Of a stretch of 57,277 nucleotides of DNA, positions 12,693-21,814 are shown one piece after another. The translations under genes were made by a program, and so were the position numbers. How positions within the stretch are numbered: position 1 is the stretch's first letter; every line of letters begins with the position of its first letter. Below the pieces are notes generated by a model. The model did no database searches. It was given only the letters and a program-made list of their open reading frames with translations, and was not told where the DNA came from. The stretch is from a virus (taxonomy: Duplodnaviria > Heunggongvirae > Uroviricota > Caudoviricetes), in IMG/VR virus record IMGVR_UViG_2721755643_000007, one strand, 5' to 3'.

Positions 12693-13119
12693 ACCGGACT
12701 CCTCCTGCGATCCCTTCTGATACTGTCATCAGCATTACGTCATCCTCCGTCATGTCCGCCACATCCGGGGAAGCGGGGATAACTTCATTCCCGTCCGGAC
12801 CAAAGCGGACGCCTCCGGCAAGCCCTGCCGCTTTCTGCATCAGCACATCATCTTCAGGCTCTTCGTCAGCCTCGCGCCGGTTCAGCAGACTGAAATCCAG
12901 CGGATGCATATCCGGATCGCTGAAAAACAGGCTGAGTACGGTGTACGTCAGCCCGGAAAAGTGCATATCCAGCAGAACATCATGAAAATAATGGGTACTG
13001 TAAAAGCGGTGCCAGTCGGCATACTCCGTGGATGACATCCCGGCAAGCATGGCGCGCCAGTCGGGTCGCCCCATCTCACGCGCCAGTTTCAGGGCAAAAC
13101 TCAGCTCACCGTCGAACAC
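12685..13119 (-). CDS. T: tail assembly chaperone T region (expressed as G-T fusion by -1 frameshift)
   Basis: 144 aa ORF beginning at the end of G; lambda T-like sequence. Confidence 0.8.
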   Translation of the reverse strand: MFDGELSFALKLAREMGRPDWRAMLAGMSSTEYADWHRFYSTHYFHDVLLDMHFSGLTYTVLSLFFSDPDMHPLDFSLLNRREADEEPEDDVLMQKAAGLAGGVRFGPDGNEVIPASPDVADMTEDDVMLMTVSEGIAGGVRYG

Positions 13120-13523
13120 TTTCCCGCAGAAACAGGCTCTGCTGGCCCGGCGTCATCTGCCTGTTCAGGTGCATCATTCACAACAAACTCAGACATACCG
13201 GACAGACGCATTACCACATTTTCAGCCTGAGCAATTGCCTCTGTGGGCCAGGTGGTAAGCACTTCCTGCTCAATTTGTTTAACGGCTTCATTCATGGACG
13301 GCATCTTTGTCTTCTGCGGATGGCTATGCCACAGGGACATCGCCACCAGAAAAGCACCGGTTCTGACGAGATCTTCCACGCTCACCTGTCGATTGAGACT
13401 GGATCCCGCCTGTTCTGCCTGTCGTTTCAGCAGGGCGAGATGCTCAATTCGCTGCAGGGCTGACAGTTCAGAAAGCGTGACGCTCACACCGTTATATTCA
13501 AATGATTCGGTTTTCAGGAACAT
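13101..13523 (-). CDS. G: tail assembly chaperone G
   Basis: 140 aa; MFLKTESFEYNGVSVTLSELSALQRIEHLALLKRQAEQ...SAGKCSTVS matches lambda G. Confidence 0.9.
   Translation of the reverse strand: MFLKTESFEYNGVSVTLSELSALQRIEHLALLKRQAEQAGSSLNRQVSVEDLVRTGAFLVAMSLWHSHPQKTKMPSMNEAVKQIEQEVLTTWPTEAIAQAENVVMRLSGMSEFVVNDAPEQADDAGPAEPVSAGKCSTVS
13119..13125 (-). other. programmed -1 ribosomal frameshift slippery heptamer GGGAAAG (G to G-T)
   Basis: Minus-strand CTGCGGGAAAGTG at the 3' end of G where the T frame opens. Confidence 0.6.
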
Positions 13524-13538
13524 CGCTGACTCTCCGGA

Positions 13539-14279
13539 TTAACTGTCGGTGACGGTGATTTCTGCAACCACAGCAAGTTCACCATTACCGGATACAACCG
13601 GAATGTTGACCTTGCCTGCAGCAACACCTTTCACGGTGATGGTCATACCACTGACCGACACGGTGGCTTTTGTTTTATCCGCAGACACCGCACGGAAGCT
13701 CTTGTCGGTTGCGCCTTCCGGCTGGAATGCCACGGTCAGCGTGGTGCTCTGCCCTTTCACCACCGAAGTGCTGGCAGGCGTCACGGTCATGCCGGTTGCC
13801 GCTGTTACCGTGCTGCGATCTTCTGCCATCGACGGACGTCTCACGTTGGTGACTTTCACCGTGCGGGTGATCACTTCCTTCGCCGTCACCGCCTTACCGA
13901 TACTGCTGACCCAGCCGCGGAACACATCGACCGTGCCGTTCGGGAAGCGGATTTTATAGGCACGGGTATCCCCTTCATTAAACCACGCCAGCAGCGCCTG
14001 CTGCCCCTGCTCTCCGGGCATCCACGCCAGCGTGAAGCTGGTATCTCCGGCAGATTTCTGCCCCTGCCCGGTCGCAGTCCAGTCCGCATCTTCATCATCG
14101 AGATAGCTGTCGTCATAGGACTCAGCGGTCAGTTCGCCGGGCGTCAGGTCTTTAACTTTAGCCAGACGCGACCAGTCAACGTCTGAAAGCGGGTTCGCAT
14201 AAGGGTCACCGTTCCCCTTATAAACCCACAGTGTGGTCCCGGCCCCTTTCACCGGCATTACTGGATTTGGTACAGGCAT
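13539..14279 (-). CDS. V: major tail protein V (with C-terminal Ig-like domain)
   Basis: Start [22 protein letters not shown]; lambda V-like throughout; ORF track extends 10 codons upstream to 14309. Confidence 0.9.
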   Translation of the reverse strand: MPVPNPVMPVKGAGTTLWVYKGNGDPYANPLSDVDWSRLAKVKDLTPGELTAESYDDSYLDDEDADWTATGQGQKSAGDTSFTLAWMPGEQGQQALLAWFNEGDTRAYKIRFPNGTVDVFRGWVSSIGKAVTAKEVITRTVKVTNVRRPSMAEDRSTVTAATGMTVTPASTSVVKGQSTTLTVAFQPEGATDKSFRAVSADKTKATVSVSGMTITVKGVAAGKVNIPVVSGNGELAVVAEITVTDS

Positions 14280-14286
14280 ATCGTCC

Positions 14287-14682
14287 TCACATTTCATAGG
14301 TAATGACATAAGTCAGATCGGCTGAACTCCACAGGCCCGCATCATCGTCGCGCCGGTAGTCATAGCCACTGGCCACCATACTGGTGATCAAATCTGACAG
14401 TGCCGGGACATCGCTCATCACCGGATAAATCCGGGACTCCATCCACGAATCCAGCTCTGAATCCGGCACCTGAGCAGGCAGGAAAACTTCAATATGCAGC
14501 TCCGCCTGCCAGGTATCACTGTCCAGCTCTTCGCCCGTGTATTCAGCGCCGGTGAGATAAACGGCAATTGCCGGAAAATCCGCCTCATCAAAAACAGCGG
14601 GGCGACCATCAAAAAGTGTCGCCCCGGTGTCATGCTTCTCCAGTGCATCCAGTACGGCTGCACGGAGTTCAGTATGTTTCAT
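14287..14682 (-). CDS. U: tail terminator protein U
   Basis: 131 aa; position and sequence as lambda U. Confidence 0.9.
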   Translation of the reverse strand: MKHTELRAAVLDALEKHDTGATLFDGRPAVFDEADFPAIAVYLTGAEYTGEELDSDTWQAELHIEVFLPAQVPDSELDSWMESRIYPVMSDVPALSDLITSMVASGYDYRRDDDAGLWSSADLTYVITYEM

Positions 14683-15257
14683 CGCTTTATTACCATTCTC
14701 AGTTGATGCTGCAGCGCATAGCCCAGCTCTTTCGGAAGACGTTCACGCCGTATCCGTTCAATATTCTGTTTAAACGCCGTGGTAAGCGGCACCGCCATCG
14801 GGATTTTCACCACATCAATGGGGTAACGGTTTTTCCCGGCCACACGCTGCATGACATGCCACCGGCCATTTTTCAGTTGCTGAATAAACGCGCCGGGAAT
14901 ACGACGGTTTCCCACCACAAGCACGCTGCCGCCACCTTTCAGGGATGAACGCTGCCCCTTTTTACGACGTCTGCGGCGGGAAAGGACAACCCGCGCGTTA
15001 CCCAGCTTGATTACGGGCAAATCCCCCCGGTTAACCCTGATTCTGGCCTGCGGATTTTTGACCGTGGCCCTTTTCAGCCTGGCCCTTTCCTTTACCAGTT
15101 TCCGGCGTACCTTTGTCTCACGGGCAACCTGTGACGCAGACTGCGATATCGCGGATGACGCAACGCGGTTAATGGCCATTGCGGCGGCACTAGGCACCGC
15201 CGTTTTGCTGATACGGCTGAGGTTTTCAACGGCCTGCTCAAGACCTTTTATGGCCAT
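14679..15257 (-). CDS. Z: tail completion protein Z
   Basis: 192 aa; position between FII and U. Confidence 0.85.
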   Translation of the reverse strand: MAIKGLEQAVENLSRISKTAVPSAAAMAINRVASSAISQSASQVARETKVRRKLVKERARLKRATVKNPQARIRVNRGDLPVIKLGNARVVLSRRRRRKKGQRSSLKGGGSVLVVGNRRIPGAFIQQLKNGRWHVMQRVAGKNRYPIDVVKIPMAVPLTTAFKQNIERIRRERLPKELGYALQHQLRMVIKR

Positions 15258-15268
15258 ACATCCCCCTT

Positions 15269-15622
15269 TCAGCGGCGACGGTTAACGGCAGGCGGCACGC
15301 CACGCCCAAGCCAGAGATGACAGCTTCCGCCATCATCCGGCGAAATCCGGTCCACCCAGAAGTTTTCCTCGCCGATGGTCAGTGTGTCTCCACGCCGCAG
15401 CTGCCGCACATCATCAGTCCGGACAAACAGGGACGGGCTGGAGCCTTCAACGCGCACCCCCTGTCCGGCATAGCTGATATTTTCAGGGTCATCAAAAACA
15501 CCAAGTATCACAGCACCGGACAGCTCACCGGATGTCATGGTGGCTGACGTTCCCATGTACCCGCGTATCGTTTCATCGGCGCGGGCAATGGCAGCATCGA
15601 ACAGGTTATCGGAATCAGCCAC
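15269..15622 (-). CDS. FII: head-tail joining protein FII
   Basis: 117 aa; MADSDNLFDAAIARADETIRGYMG lambda FII-like. Confidence 0.85.
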   Translation of the reverse strand: MADSDNLFDAAIARADETIRGYMGTSATMTSGELSGAVILGVFDDPENISYAGQGVRVEGSSPSLFVRTDDVRQLRRGDTLTIGEENFWVDRISPDDGGSCHLWLGRGVPPAVNRRR

Positions 15623-15633
15623 AGCGCCTCCCG

Positions 15634-16029
15634 TTATTGCATTCTGGCCAGGCCATGTTCTGTCATTTCGGCTGCCACACCGGCAGAGACACGAAACGCC
15701 GTTCCCGGCAGCACAAATGCCACAGGCTCATCCCGCGTGGCGTGAAGTGCATCAGTATGCAGCGTCACCAGTGCCACGACCGTGACCAGAGCAGCCGTAT
15801 CAATCACGGTATCCGGCTGCGCTGATACCACCTCATTTTCATGTCCGGTCAGCGCATTTTCCGGGCTGACAGATGTGTCCTGACCGGCAGCGTCATCCGT
15901 GTCATCAAGCTCCTCTTCCAGCTCTGCCACACGGAGCACCAGTTCTTCTTTCGTCCCCGTCAGGCTGACATCACGGTTCAGTTGCTCACCCAGCACCTGA
16001 AGACGGGCAATCAGTTCATCTTTCGTCAT
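15634..16029 (-). CDS. FI: DNA packaging protein FI
   Basis: Start MTKDELIARLQ; position between E and FII. Confidence 0.8.
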   Translation of the reverse strand: MTKDELIARLQVLGEQLNRDVSLTGTKEELVLRVAELEEELDDTDDAAGQDTSVSPENALTGHENEVVSAQPDTVIDTAALVTVVALVTLHTDALHATRDEPVAFVLPGTAFRVSAGVAAEMTEHGLARMQ

Positions 16030-16070
16030 GGACTCCTCCACAGAGAGAAAATGGCCCCGAAGGGCCATGA

Positions 16071-17096
16071 TTACGCCAGTTGTACGGACACGAACGCATC
16101 AGGATCAGCCAGCAGCATCAGCGGTGCTGACTGAATCATGGTGAACTCACGCGCCGGATCGCCGGTGGTCACCCAGTTTTTCGGGTAGCGGGCAGAGGCG
16201 TTAATACCTTCGCGCTGTGCGTCCGCATCCTGAATGCAGCCATAGGTGCGCAGACCGCGTGCCTGAGTGTTCCCCAGCACCATCGTGTTGTCCGGCAGGA
16301 AGTTCTTTTTGACGTCGTTTTCCACGTACTGTCCGGAATACACGACGATCGCCGTATCGCCATACATCCCCTTATAGGACACCGCTTCGCCCAGGTCTTT
16401 TACCGCTGTCTCCAGCTCGGAATGAGAGCCGCGACGGGTATCCAGCTTCTCCTTGACGGCTTTGAAGGAACGGAACAGCGCCCAGCCTTTCGGATCAAAC
16501 ACGATGATATTCACCACGCCGCTGGCGTTCAGCGCATAGGCTTCGATATCGTCGGTCGGGTCATACGTGGACTTGTCACGCTTGCTCCACTCCGTACCAC
16601 CGGACTGTGTGATGTTGTTCGCCGCACTGCGGCCCATATCCACCTCAACCGGATCGAAGGCTTCACCGGTCATGGTGTATTTGCCCTTAAGCACAGCAGA
16701 AACTGCCTGCATCTCTTCGACCTGAGCAATGGCCAGCTCTTCGTCTCGCATGTTCTGCATGATGATGCGACGGCGGCGGTAAGCCGGGTCCGCCAGATTC
16801 TGCGGATCTTCATCCGGCAGGCGACGCAGGGTCATCTGCGGATTCACCTCATGCTTGGGTTTGACATATCCCGGCGTAAATTCAGAGGTGGAGCCGCCAC
16901 GGGAACGGATAACCTCACCGGAAACAATCGGCGAAACGTACAGCGCCATGTTTACCAGTCCCGGAATTTGTGAGAGATAGACTTTCTCCGTGGTGAAGGG
17001 ATAGCTCTCACGGAAAAAGAGACGCAGAAACAGCGGATCAAACTTAAATTTCTGCTCATTTGCCGCCAGCAGCTGGGCGGTTGTGTACATCGACAT
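16071..17096 (-). CDS. E: major capsid protein E
   Basis: 341 aa from MSMYTTAQLLAANEQKFKFDP to SVQLA; near-identical to recalled lambda gpE. Confidence 0.95.
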   Translation of the reverse strand: MSMYTTAQLLAANEQKFKFDPLFLRLFFRESYPFTTEKVYLSQIPGLVNMALYVSPIVSGEVIRSRGGSTSEFTPGYVKPKHEVNPQMTLRRLPDEDPQNLADPAYRRRRIIMQNMRDEELAIAQVEEMQAVSAVLKGKYTMTGEAFDPVEVDMGRSAANNITQSGGTEWSKRDKSTYDPTDDIEAYALNASGVVNIIVFDPKGWALFRSFKAVKEKLDTRRGSHSELETAVKDLGEAVSYKGMYGDTAIVVYSGQYVENDVKKNFLPDNTMVLGNTQARGLRTYGCIQDADAQREGINASARYPKNWVTTGDPAREFTMIQSAPLMLLADPDAFVSVQLA

Positions 17097-17151
17097 AAAA
17101 AAATCCCGTAAAAAAAGCCGCACAGGCGGCCTTTAGTGATGAAGGGTAAGG

Positions 17152-17484
17152 TTAAACGATGCTGATTGCCGTTCCGGCAAACGCGGTCCGTTTTTTCGTC
17201 TCGTCGCTGGCAGCCTCCGGCCAGAGCACATCCTCATAACGGAACGTGCCGGACTTGTAGAACGTCAGCGTGGAGCTGGTCTGGTCAGCATCAACCGCCA
17301 GAATGCCAACGGCAGTACCGTCGGTGGTGCCATCCCACGCAACCAGCTTACGGGTGGAGGTGTCCAGCATCAGCGGGGTCATTGCAGGCGCTTTCGCACT
17401 CAATCCGCCGGGCGCGGTTGCCGTATGTGCCGGGTCACTGTTGCCCAGCGGCTGGTAATGGGTAAAGGTTTCTTTGCTCGTCAT
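17152..17484 (-). CDS. D: capsid decoration protein D
   Basis: [27 protein letters not shown]...AISIV matches lambda gpD. Confidence 0.95.
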   Translation of the reverse strand: MTSKETFTHYQPLGNSDPAHTATAPGGLSAKAPAMTPLMLDTSTRKLVAWDGTTDGTAVGILAVDADQTSSTLTFYKSGTFRYEDVLWPEAASDETKKRTAFAGTAISIV

Positions 17485-17493
17485 AAACATCCC

Positions 17494-18813
17494 TTACACT
17501 GGTGTGTTCAGCAAATCGTTAACGGCATCAGATGCCGGGTTACCTGCAGCCAGTGGTGCCGGTGCCCCCTGCATCAGACGATCCAGCGCAGTGTCACTGC
17601 GCGCCTGTGCACTCTGTGGTGCAGCTGCCAGAATGCGGCGGGCCGTTTCCACGGTCATACCGGGGGTTTCGGCCAGCACACGTGCCTGTTCTTCGCGTCC
17701 GTGAGCTTCCTCACAGTTGAGGATCCCCATAATGCGGCTGTTTTCTGCCGCAACCGCAGCGGTGATCTGCGCGTTCACGTCCGGCTGCGCCGCGCTGGCG
17801 TTTTCGCCCTCCGTCGCTTGCACCACGTCAGTAACGTCAGCCTGCGAAGCAGTGGCTGAAACAGTTGTTGATTGAGTCTCTTTGGTCATTCGCCCTCCTG
17901 AGAGACGGGATTTACGTGCATCCAGTGCATCACGCATAACGGTGATCGCATCGGTGCTGTTGACAAGTTCATCAGCCAGTCCGGCATCAATGGCCTCCTG
18001 ACCGCTGTACACTGCAGCCTCGGTATCCAGCACAGCCTGCACGGACAGGCCGGTATATGCCGACACCTTCTGCGCAAACATCCGGCGGGTTGCATCCATC
18101 CGGGACTGCAGTGTCTCCCGGACATCACCCGGTAGATGGCTGTAGGGGTTGCCATCCACCTTATGGCTGCCGCTGTAAATCAGCGTGATTTCCACGCCCT
18201 GTTTCTCCAGCGCAGCGCCGTAATTACTGTGAGCCATCATGACGCCGATGGAGCCTGTCCGGGCGGTCTGCGTGACCAGACGCCGGGAGGCGGCGCTGGC
18301 AAGCAGCTGACCTGCACTGCAGTTCATGTCGTTGGCCAGCGCCCATACCGGCTTTATGTCACGCACACGGGCGATGATGTCAGCACAGTCAAATGCTCCC
18401 GCCACCATCCCGCCCGGTGTGTCCATATCGAGCAGAATGCCGTCCACCATCGGATCGCTGGCAGCCTGTTGCAGACGAGCGATAATGCCGTTGTAACCGG
18501 TCATTCCCGAATACGGCTGCAGCGCCCGCGTCCGGCTGACCAGCGTACCGGACACCGGCAGCACGGCGATGCCGTTCATGACCTGATAACTGCGGGCCTG
18601 TCGTGGTCCGTCATCATCACCGGATAACGCCAGCGCCGCGGGTGCCTCTCCGGCAGTCAGGCTGTCGCCGGATACTGCATCCGTCAGGCGACTGATCCCA
18701 AGCTGGCCTGCAAGCGCACAAAAGAAAACCCGCGCATAGGCGGGTTCAAGCATCAGCGGCTCATTAAAAGCCATGCTGGCAATATGCGGGAGATTACGCA
18801 GCTCTGCTGTCAC
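17494..18813 (-). CDS. C: capsid protease/scaffold protein C (Nu3 nested in-frame)
   Basis: 439 aa lambda C-like from (V)TAELRNLPHIASMAF; GTG start preceded by AGGAGG; overlaps the end of B by 20 nt. Confidence 0.9.
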   Translation of the reverse strand: MTAELRNLPHIASMAFNEPLMLEPAYARVFFCALAGQLGISRLTDAVSGDSLTAGEAPAALALSGDDDGPRQARSYQVMNGIAVLPVSGTLVSRTRALQPYSGMTGYNGIIARLQQAASDPMVDGILLDMDTPGGMVAGAFDCADIIARVRDIKPVWALANDMNCSAGQLLASAASRRLVTQTARTGSIGVMMAHSNYGAALEKQGVEITLIYSGSHKVDGNPYSHLPGDVRETLQSRMDATRRMFAQKVSAYTGLSVQAVLDTEAAVYSGQEAIDAGLADELVNSTDAITVMRDALDARKSRLSGGRMTKETQSTTVSATASQADVTDVVQATEGENASAAQPDVNAQITAAVAAENSRIMGILNCEEAHGREEQARVLAETPGMTVETARRILAAAPQSAQARSDTALDRLMQGAPAPLAAGNPASDAVNDLLNTPV

Positions 18814-19567
18814 TCTTCTCCTCCTCTGTTGATTGTCGCAGTCCGGATTCAAATGCCGCAGCCGCCCAGGCGGGCGGTTTAAGACCGGCTGCACGGCGCT
18901 CCATCGTTTCACGGACCTGCTGGGCAAAAATTTCCTGATAGTCGTCACCGCGTTTCGCGCACTCTTTCTCGTAGGTGCTCAGTCCGGCTTCTATCAGCAT
19001 CACCGCTTCCTGAACTTCTTTCAGACCATCGATGGCCATACGACCGGAGCCTATCCAGTCGCAGTTCCCCCAGGCACTGCGGGCTTCCTGAAAGCTGAAG
19101 CGCGCTTTTGAAGGTAACGTCACCACGCGGCGAACGATGGCCTCTTCAAGCCAGCACAGAAACATCTGGCTCGCCTGACGGGATGCGACGAATTTTCGCC
19201 GCCCCATAAAGTACGCCCACGACTCGTTCGCACTGGCCCGTGCCGTGGAGTAGCTCATCTGGGCGTAATTCCGGGAAAGCTGCTCATACGAGACACCCAG
19301 CCCGGCAGCGATATACCGCAACAGTGACTGCTCAAACACGGAGTAGCCGTTATCCGTATCCTGAGCCGTCTGCAGGTTCAGTGAGTCCCCCGGCATCAGG
19401 TGCGGCACTTTTGCGCCTCCCAGACGGACCGGTGCTGCGGCGTAATACGCGGCAATTTCACCAATCCAGCCCGTCAGCCTTTCCCGCTGCTCCTGACTGT
19501 TCGCGCCCAGAATAAAATCCATCGCTGACTGCGTATCCAGCTCACTTTCAATGGTGGCGGCATACAT
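18794..19567 (-). pseudogene. B: portal protein B, C-terminal fragment (gene split by the island insertion)
   Basis: 257 aa MYAATIESELDTQSAMDFILGANSQEQ...EEEKSDSRAA matches the C-terminal part of lambda gpB; begins exactly at the insertion junction. Confidence 0.9.
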
Positions 19568-19645
19568 CGCCTTTATGAAAAGACAGGAAAAAATAAAATT
19601 TAAAAACAGTACATTACGAATGCTCAGACCTATCGTTTAAAGGAG

Positions 19646-19670
19646 TCGCAATACACACTGCAATACACGA
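19646..19670. repeat. direct repeats GCAATACAC(A) near the island left end, candidate integrase arm-type sites
   Basis: CGCAATACACA and CTGCAATACACGA in tandem; same motif occurs three times at the right end. Confidence 0.5.
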
Positions 19671-19702
19671 TTATTTATAAGATGAGCGGCATCCGTCATA
19701 AA

Positions 19703-19941
19703 GCTGGTGGATGCTTTTTCTATGCATATATGCACAGTTTTAGTGGGCGTTAATGTCGATATAGGGATCCCCATATCGAGATTGGATACCTGGCTTTTTT
19801 CCGGTTAACCTTTAATCAGGCTGGTGGGCTTTACCTGTTTTGTATGAGTGGTCATCATGACCATGTCATAACAAAAACCCCATATTCGTGGTTTTTCTGT
19901 GTCGGGCTATTCTGTCGTTGCTGTGCTGATTTGGCTGGTGG
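19703..19941 (+). other. cluster of three Chi sites (5'-GCTGGTGG-3') within 240 bp, same orientation
   Basis: Exact octamers at 19703-19710, 19820-19827 and 19934-19941 on the plus strand in non-coding DNA, interleaved with palindromes (TGCATATATGCA, TCGATATAGGGATCCCCATATCGA, TGGTCATCATGACCA). Confidence 0.7.
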
Positions 19942-20009
19942 GCTGAATCATCATTACGGCGATGCAGCTATGTAGACGTTCCGGCCTCCTCAAATTGAGG
20001 ATTGTGGAA

Positions 20010-20400
20010 GAATCAATGGGTTAGTCTTACTTTCCCGACATCCCCCAATGGGGGTTTTCGAAACAATCAATAGCTTAGGCTTACTTCCCCGATTTCCTGC
20101 ATTGCAGGTTTTCGAAATAATCAATGGGTTAGGCCATCGTGCAATTTTGCACTTTGCCAGCCAGCGCAATGTCGCGTTATCAGTCCTCAGATGTGAGGGA
20201 TGTAGCCAGCTTTTCCCCCAGTGGGGGATATCCAGCACCGACGGCTTAACTGTGCGTGCCAGCACAAGGTAGCCTTGAACTACTTACTGCATCCCATCTT
20301 ACAGGCCGTGCCTTCCTGCTTAACTTTTTGCAATGCAACAAGTCAGCCAGCGCAATTTTGCGTTATCGGGAATATCAGCAAGTTACCGCCGCAATCGTTC
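20010..20400. repeat. array of imperfect direct repeats each carrying a short GC-stem hairpin
   Basis: Recurring ATCAATGGGTTAG / ATCAATAGCTTAG and GTTTTCGAAA flanks around hairpins CCCCCAATGGGGG, CTGCATTGCAG, GTGCAATTTTGCAC, CCCCCAGTGGGGG; GCCAGCGCAAT(N)TTGCGTTATC present twice. Confidence 0.55.
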
Positions 20401-20664
20401 CGGCTTCTTCCACTGGTAAGTATTTTTCGCGCTCTCCCTCCGTTGTTGAGAACGGCGACGATATGCCAGCAACTCAAGGACTCTTGTTCGTATGTTGCGC
20501 ATATCCACGCCGTTAAGCTCAATACCGTCACGGCGCATCACCTCAGCCACTACACGCACATAATTATCTGCGGTCACGCTGTCCGGCTGCGTGGCCTGTT
20601 CGTCATGCTGCTTGCTGATTCCACAAGCACGGCGGATTAATCGCAGTATTTCGGATTCAGTCAT
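20383..20664 (-). CDS. hypothetical protein (93 aa) immediately downstream of the island small terminase
   Basis: ORF MTESEILRLIRRACGISKQHDEQ...; basic C-terminus; no family recognised. Confidence 0.5.
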   Translation of the reverse strand: MTESEILRLIRRACGISKQHDEQATQPDSVTADNYVRVVAEVMRRDGIELNGVDMRNIRTRVLELLAYRRRSQQRRESAKNTYQWKKPERLRR

Positions 20665-20675
20665 AGCGTACTACG

Positions 20676-21230
20676 TTACTTATCTTTATTCGGCTGCAAC
20701 TTATCCGGTACGTTTCCGGCAGTTTCCATCAGATAATCGGACAGCATCAGCGGTATGTTTTCGTCAAGTTTTGCGCATGCGTTACAGGCTCTGATAACTT
20801 CTTTTTTCAGTCCATCCAGCATAGACGGCTTCATGTCGGGAAACTTCCTTGTCATGGCAAGCGGCAGGCTGTCCATGATTGAAGAAATCTGACTCGCCAA
20901 TTTTGAAAGCACGTATATACAAAACGCTGTATCAATAACGTCGCCGCGTTCGCGCTCGTTTTTAAGCTCCTGCGCCTCTGCCTGTGCTGTCAGCAATCTG
21001 ATCCTGACTCGTAGGAGTTCATCATCATCAATCTCGCCTTTGTCGTCTGTAATCTGGTTAATTGCATTGCTAACCCGATTGTCTATTACGCTGGCAACAT
21101 CATAAAACGCCTCGCGGCCTTTACGTTCAACGGGAGTCACTCCCCACTTGTCGAACGCTGTCGCACTTACACGGCAGCTTTGCGCCATGTTTTTTTTGTT
21201 CATCAGGTGCGATTTCATCAATATCCCCAC
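20676..21230 (-). CDS. terminase small subunit paralog (lambda Nu1-like) encoded by the island
   Basis: C-terminal two thirds align to helper Nu1 (RLLTAQAEAQELKNERERGDVIDTAFCIYVLSKLASQISSIMDSLPL versus [47 protein letters not shown]); adjacent to the island cos; true start may be the internal MNKK. Confidence 0.8.
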   Translation of the reverse strand: MGILMKSHLMNKKNMAQSCRVSATAFDKWGVTPVERKGREAFYDVASVIDNRVSNAINQITDDKGEIDDDELLRVRIRLLTAQAEAQELKNERERGDVIDTAFCIYVLSKLASQISSIMDSLPLAMTRKFPDMKPSMLDGLKKEVIRACNACAKLDENIPLMLSDYLMETAGNVPDKLQPNKDK

Positions 21231-21329
21231 TTAAGTAATGTTTCAGGTTGGTGTATTGGCTTTATCTTTTCCTTTTTATTCATAGAGATAGAGCGAACAA
21301 CAAAACCACCACCAGCACCCGAAAAAGGC

Positions 21330-21394
21330 TCATAAATAGCGAAAACCCGCGAGGTCGCCGCCCCGTAGCCTACCGGATCGCCGGAAAGGACCCG
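21330..21394. other. island cos site: cosN and cosQ-side sequence shared with helper cos, cosB side divergent
   Basis: 65 bp block nearly identical to 34091-34154 (3 mismatches); contains AGGTCGCCGCCC at 21352-21363, the reverse complement of the lambda cohesive end GGGCGGCGACCT; flanks diverge toward the TerS gene. Confidence 0.8.
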
Positions 21395-21419
21395 CCAGCC
21401 AGAACGGGCCCTAATTTCA

Positions 21420-21803
21420 TCAACCAATCAACTTATAGCGACCATCCCGTGCATTGCGACGTACACGCTCAATCTTGAGGCATAGCGCCGCATCTGGCTT
21501 TTTTGGGACAGGTACGCGGCAATATTCAGAAGATCGAGGAATATTGTTTATCCAGTCGATCACTTCACTTAAATACCAGGCCTTACGCCCTTCCGTAACC
21601 TGTACGCGTTCGGGGAACTCTCCGCGAGCCTCAAGGTTTAGCAATGTGCGACGGCTAAGGGTAGTAAGTTCCATCACCTGATTCATATCAACAAGGCGTT
21701 CACTTAAACGCATTTTGTCAGCAATAGCCTTTAATTCCTCTACTGCTGGATCCGGATACATCATTTCGGCAATTGGCTTAAGGTCATTGTAATGATTCTG
21801 CAT
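21420..21803 (-). CDS. AlpA-family HTH DNA-binding protein (second copy in the island)
   Basis: 127 aa with MELTTLSRRTLLNLEARGEFPERVQVTEGRKAWYLSEVIDWINN resembling AlpA-type motifs. Confidence 0.6.
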   Translation of the reverse strand: MQNHYNDLKPIAEMMYPDPAVEELKAIADKMRLSERLVDMNQVMELTTLSRRTLLNLEARGEFPERVQVTEGRKAWYLSEVIDWINNIPRSSEYCRVPVPKKPDAALCLKIERVRRNARDGRYKLIG

Positions 21804-21814
21804 TGTATCCCCCT

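Noticed and set aside
20010-20400. Possible CRISPR array
   Set aside because: Repeat units differ in sequence and length, spacers are not separable, and no cas genes are present in the window.
21322-21395. Duplicated 65-bp block (also at 34091-34154) first considered as a small RNA or tRNA-like element
   Set aside because: It contains the lambda cohesive-end sequence and sits next to a Nu1-like gene in both copies; explained as cos rather than an RNA gene.
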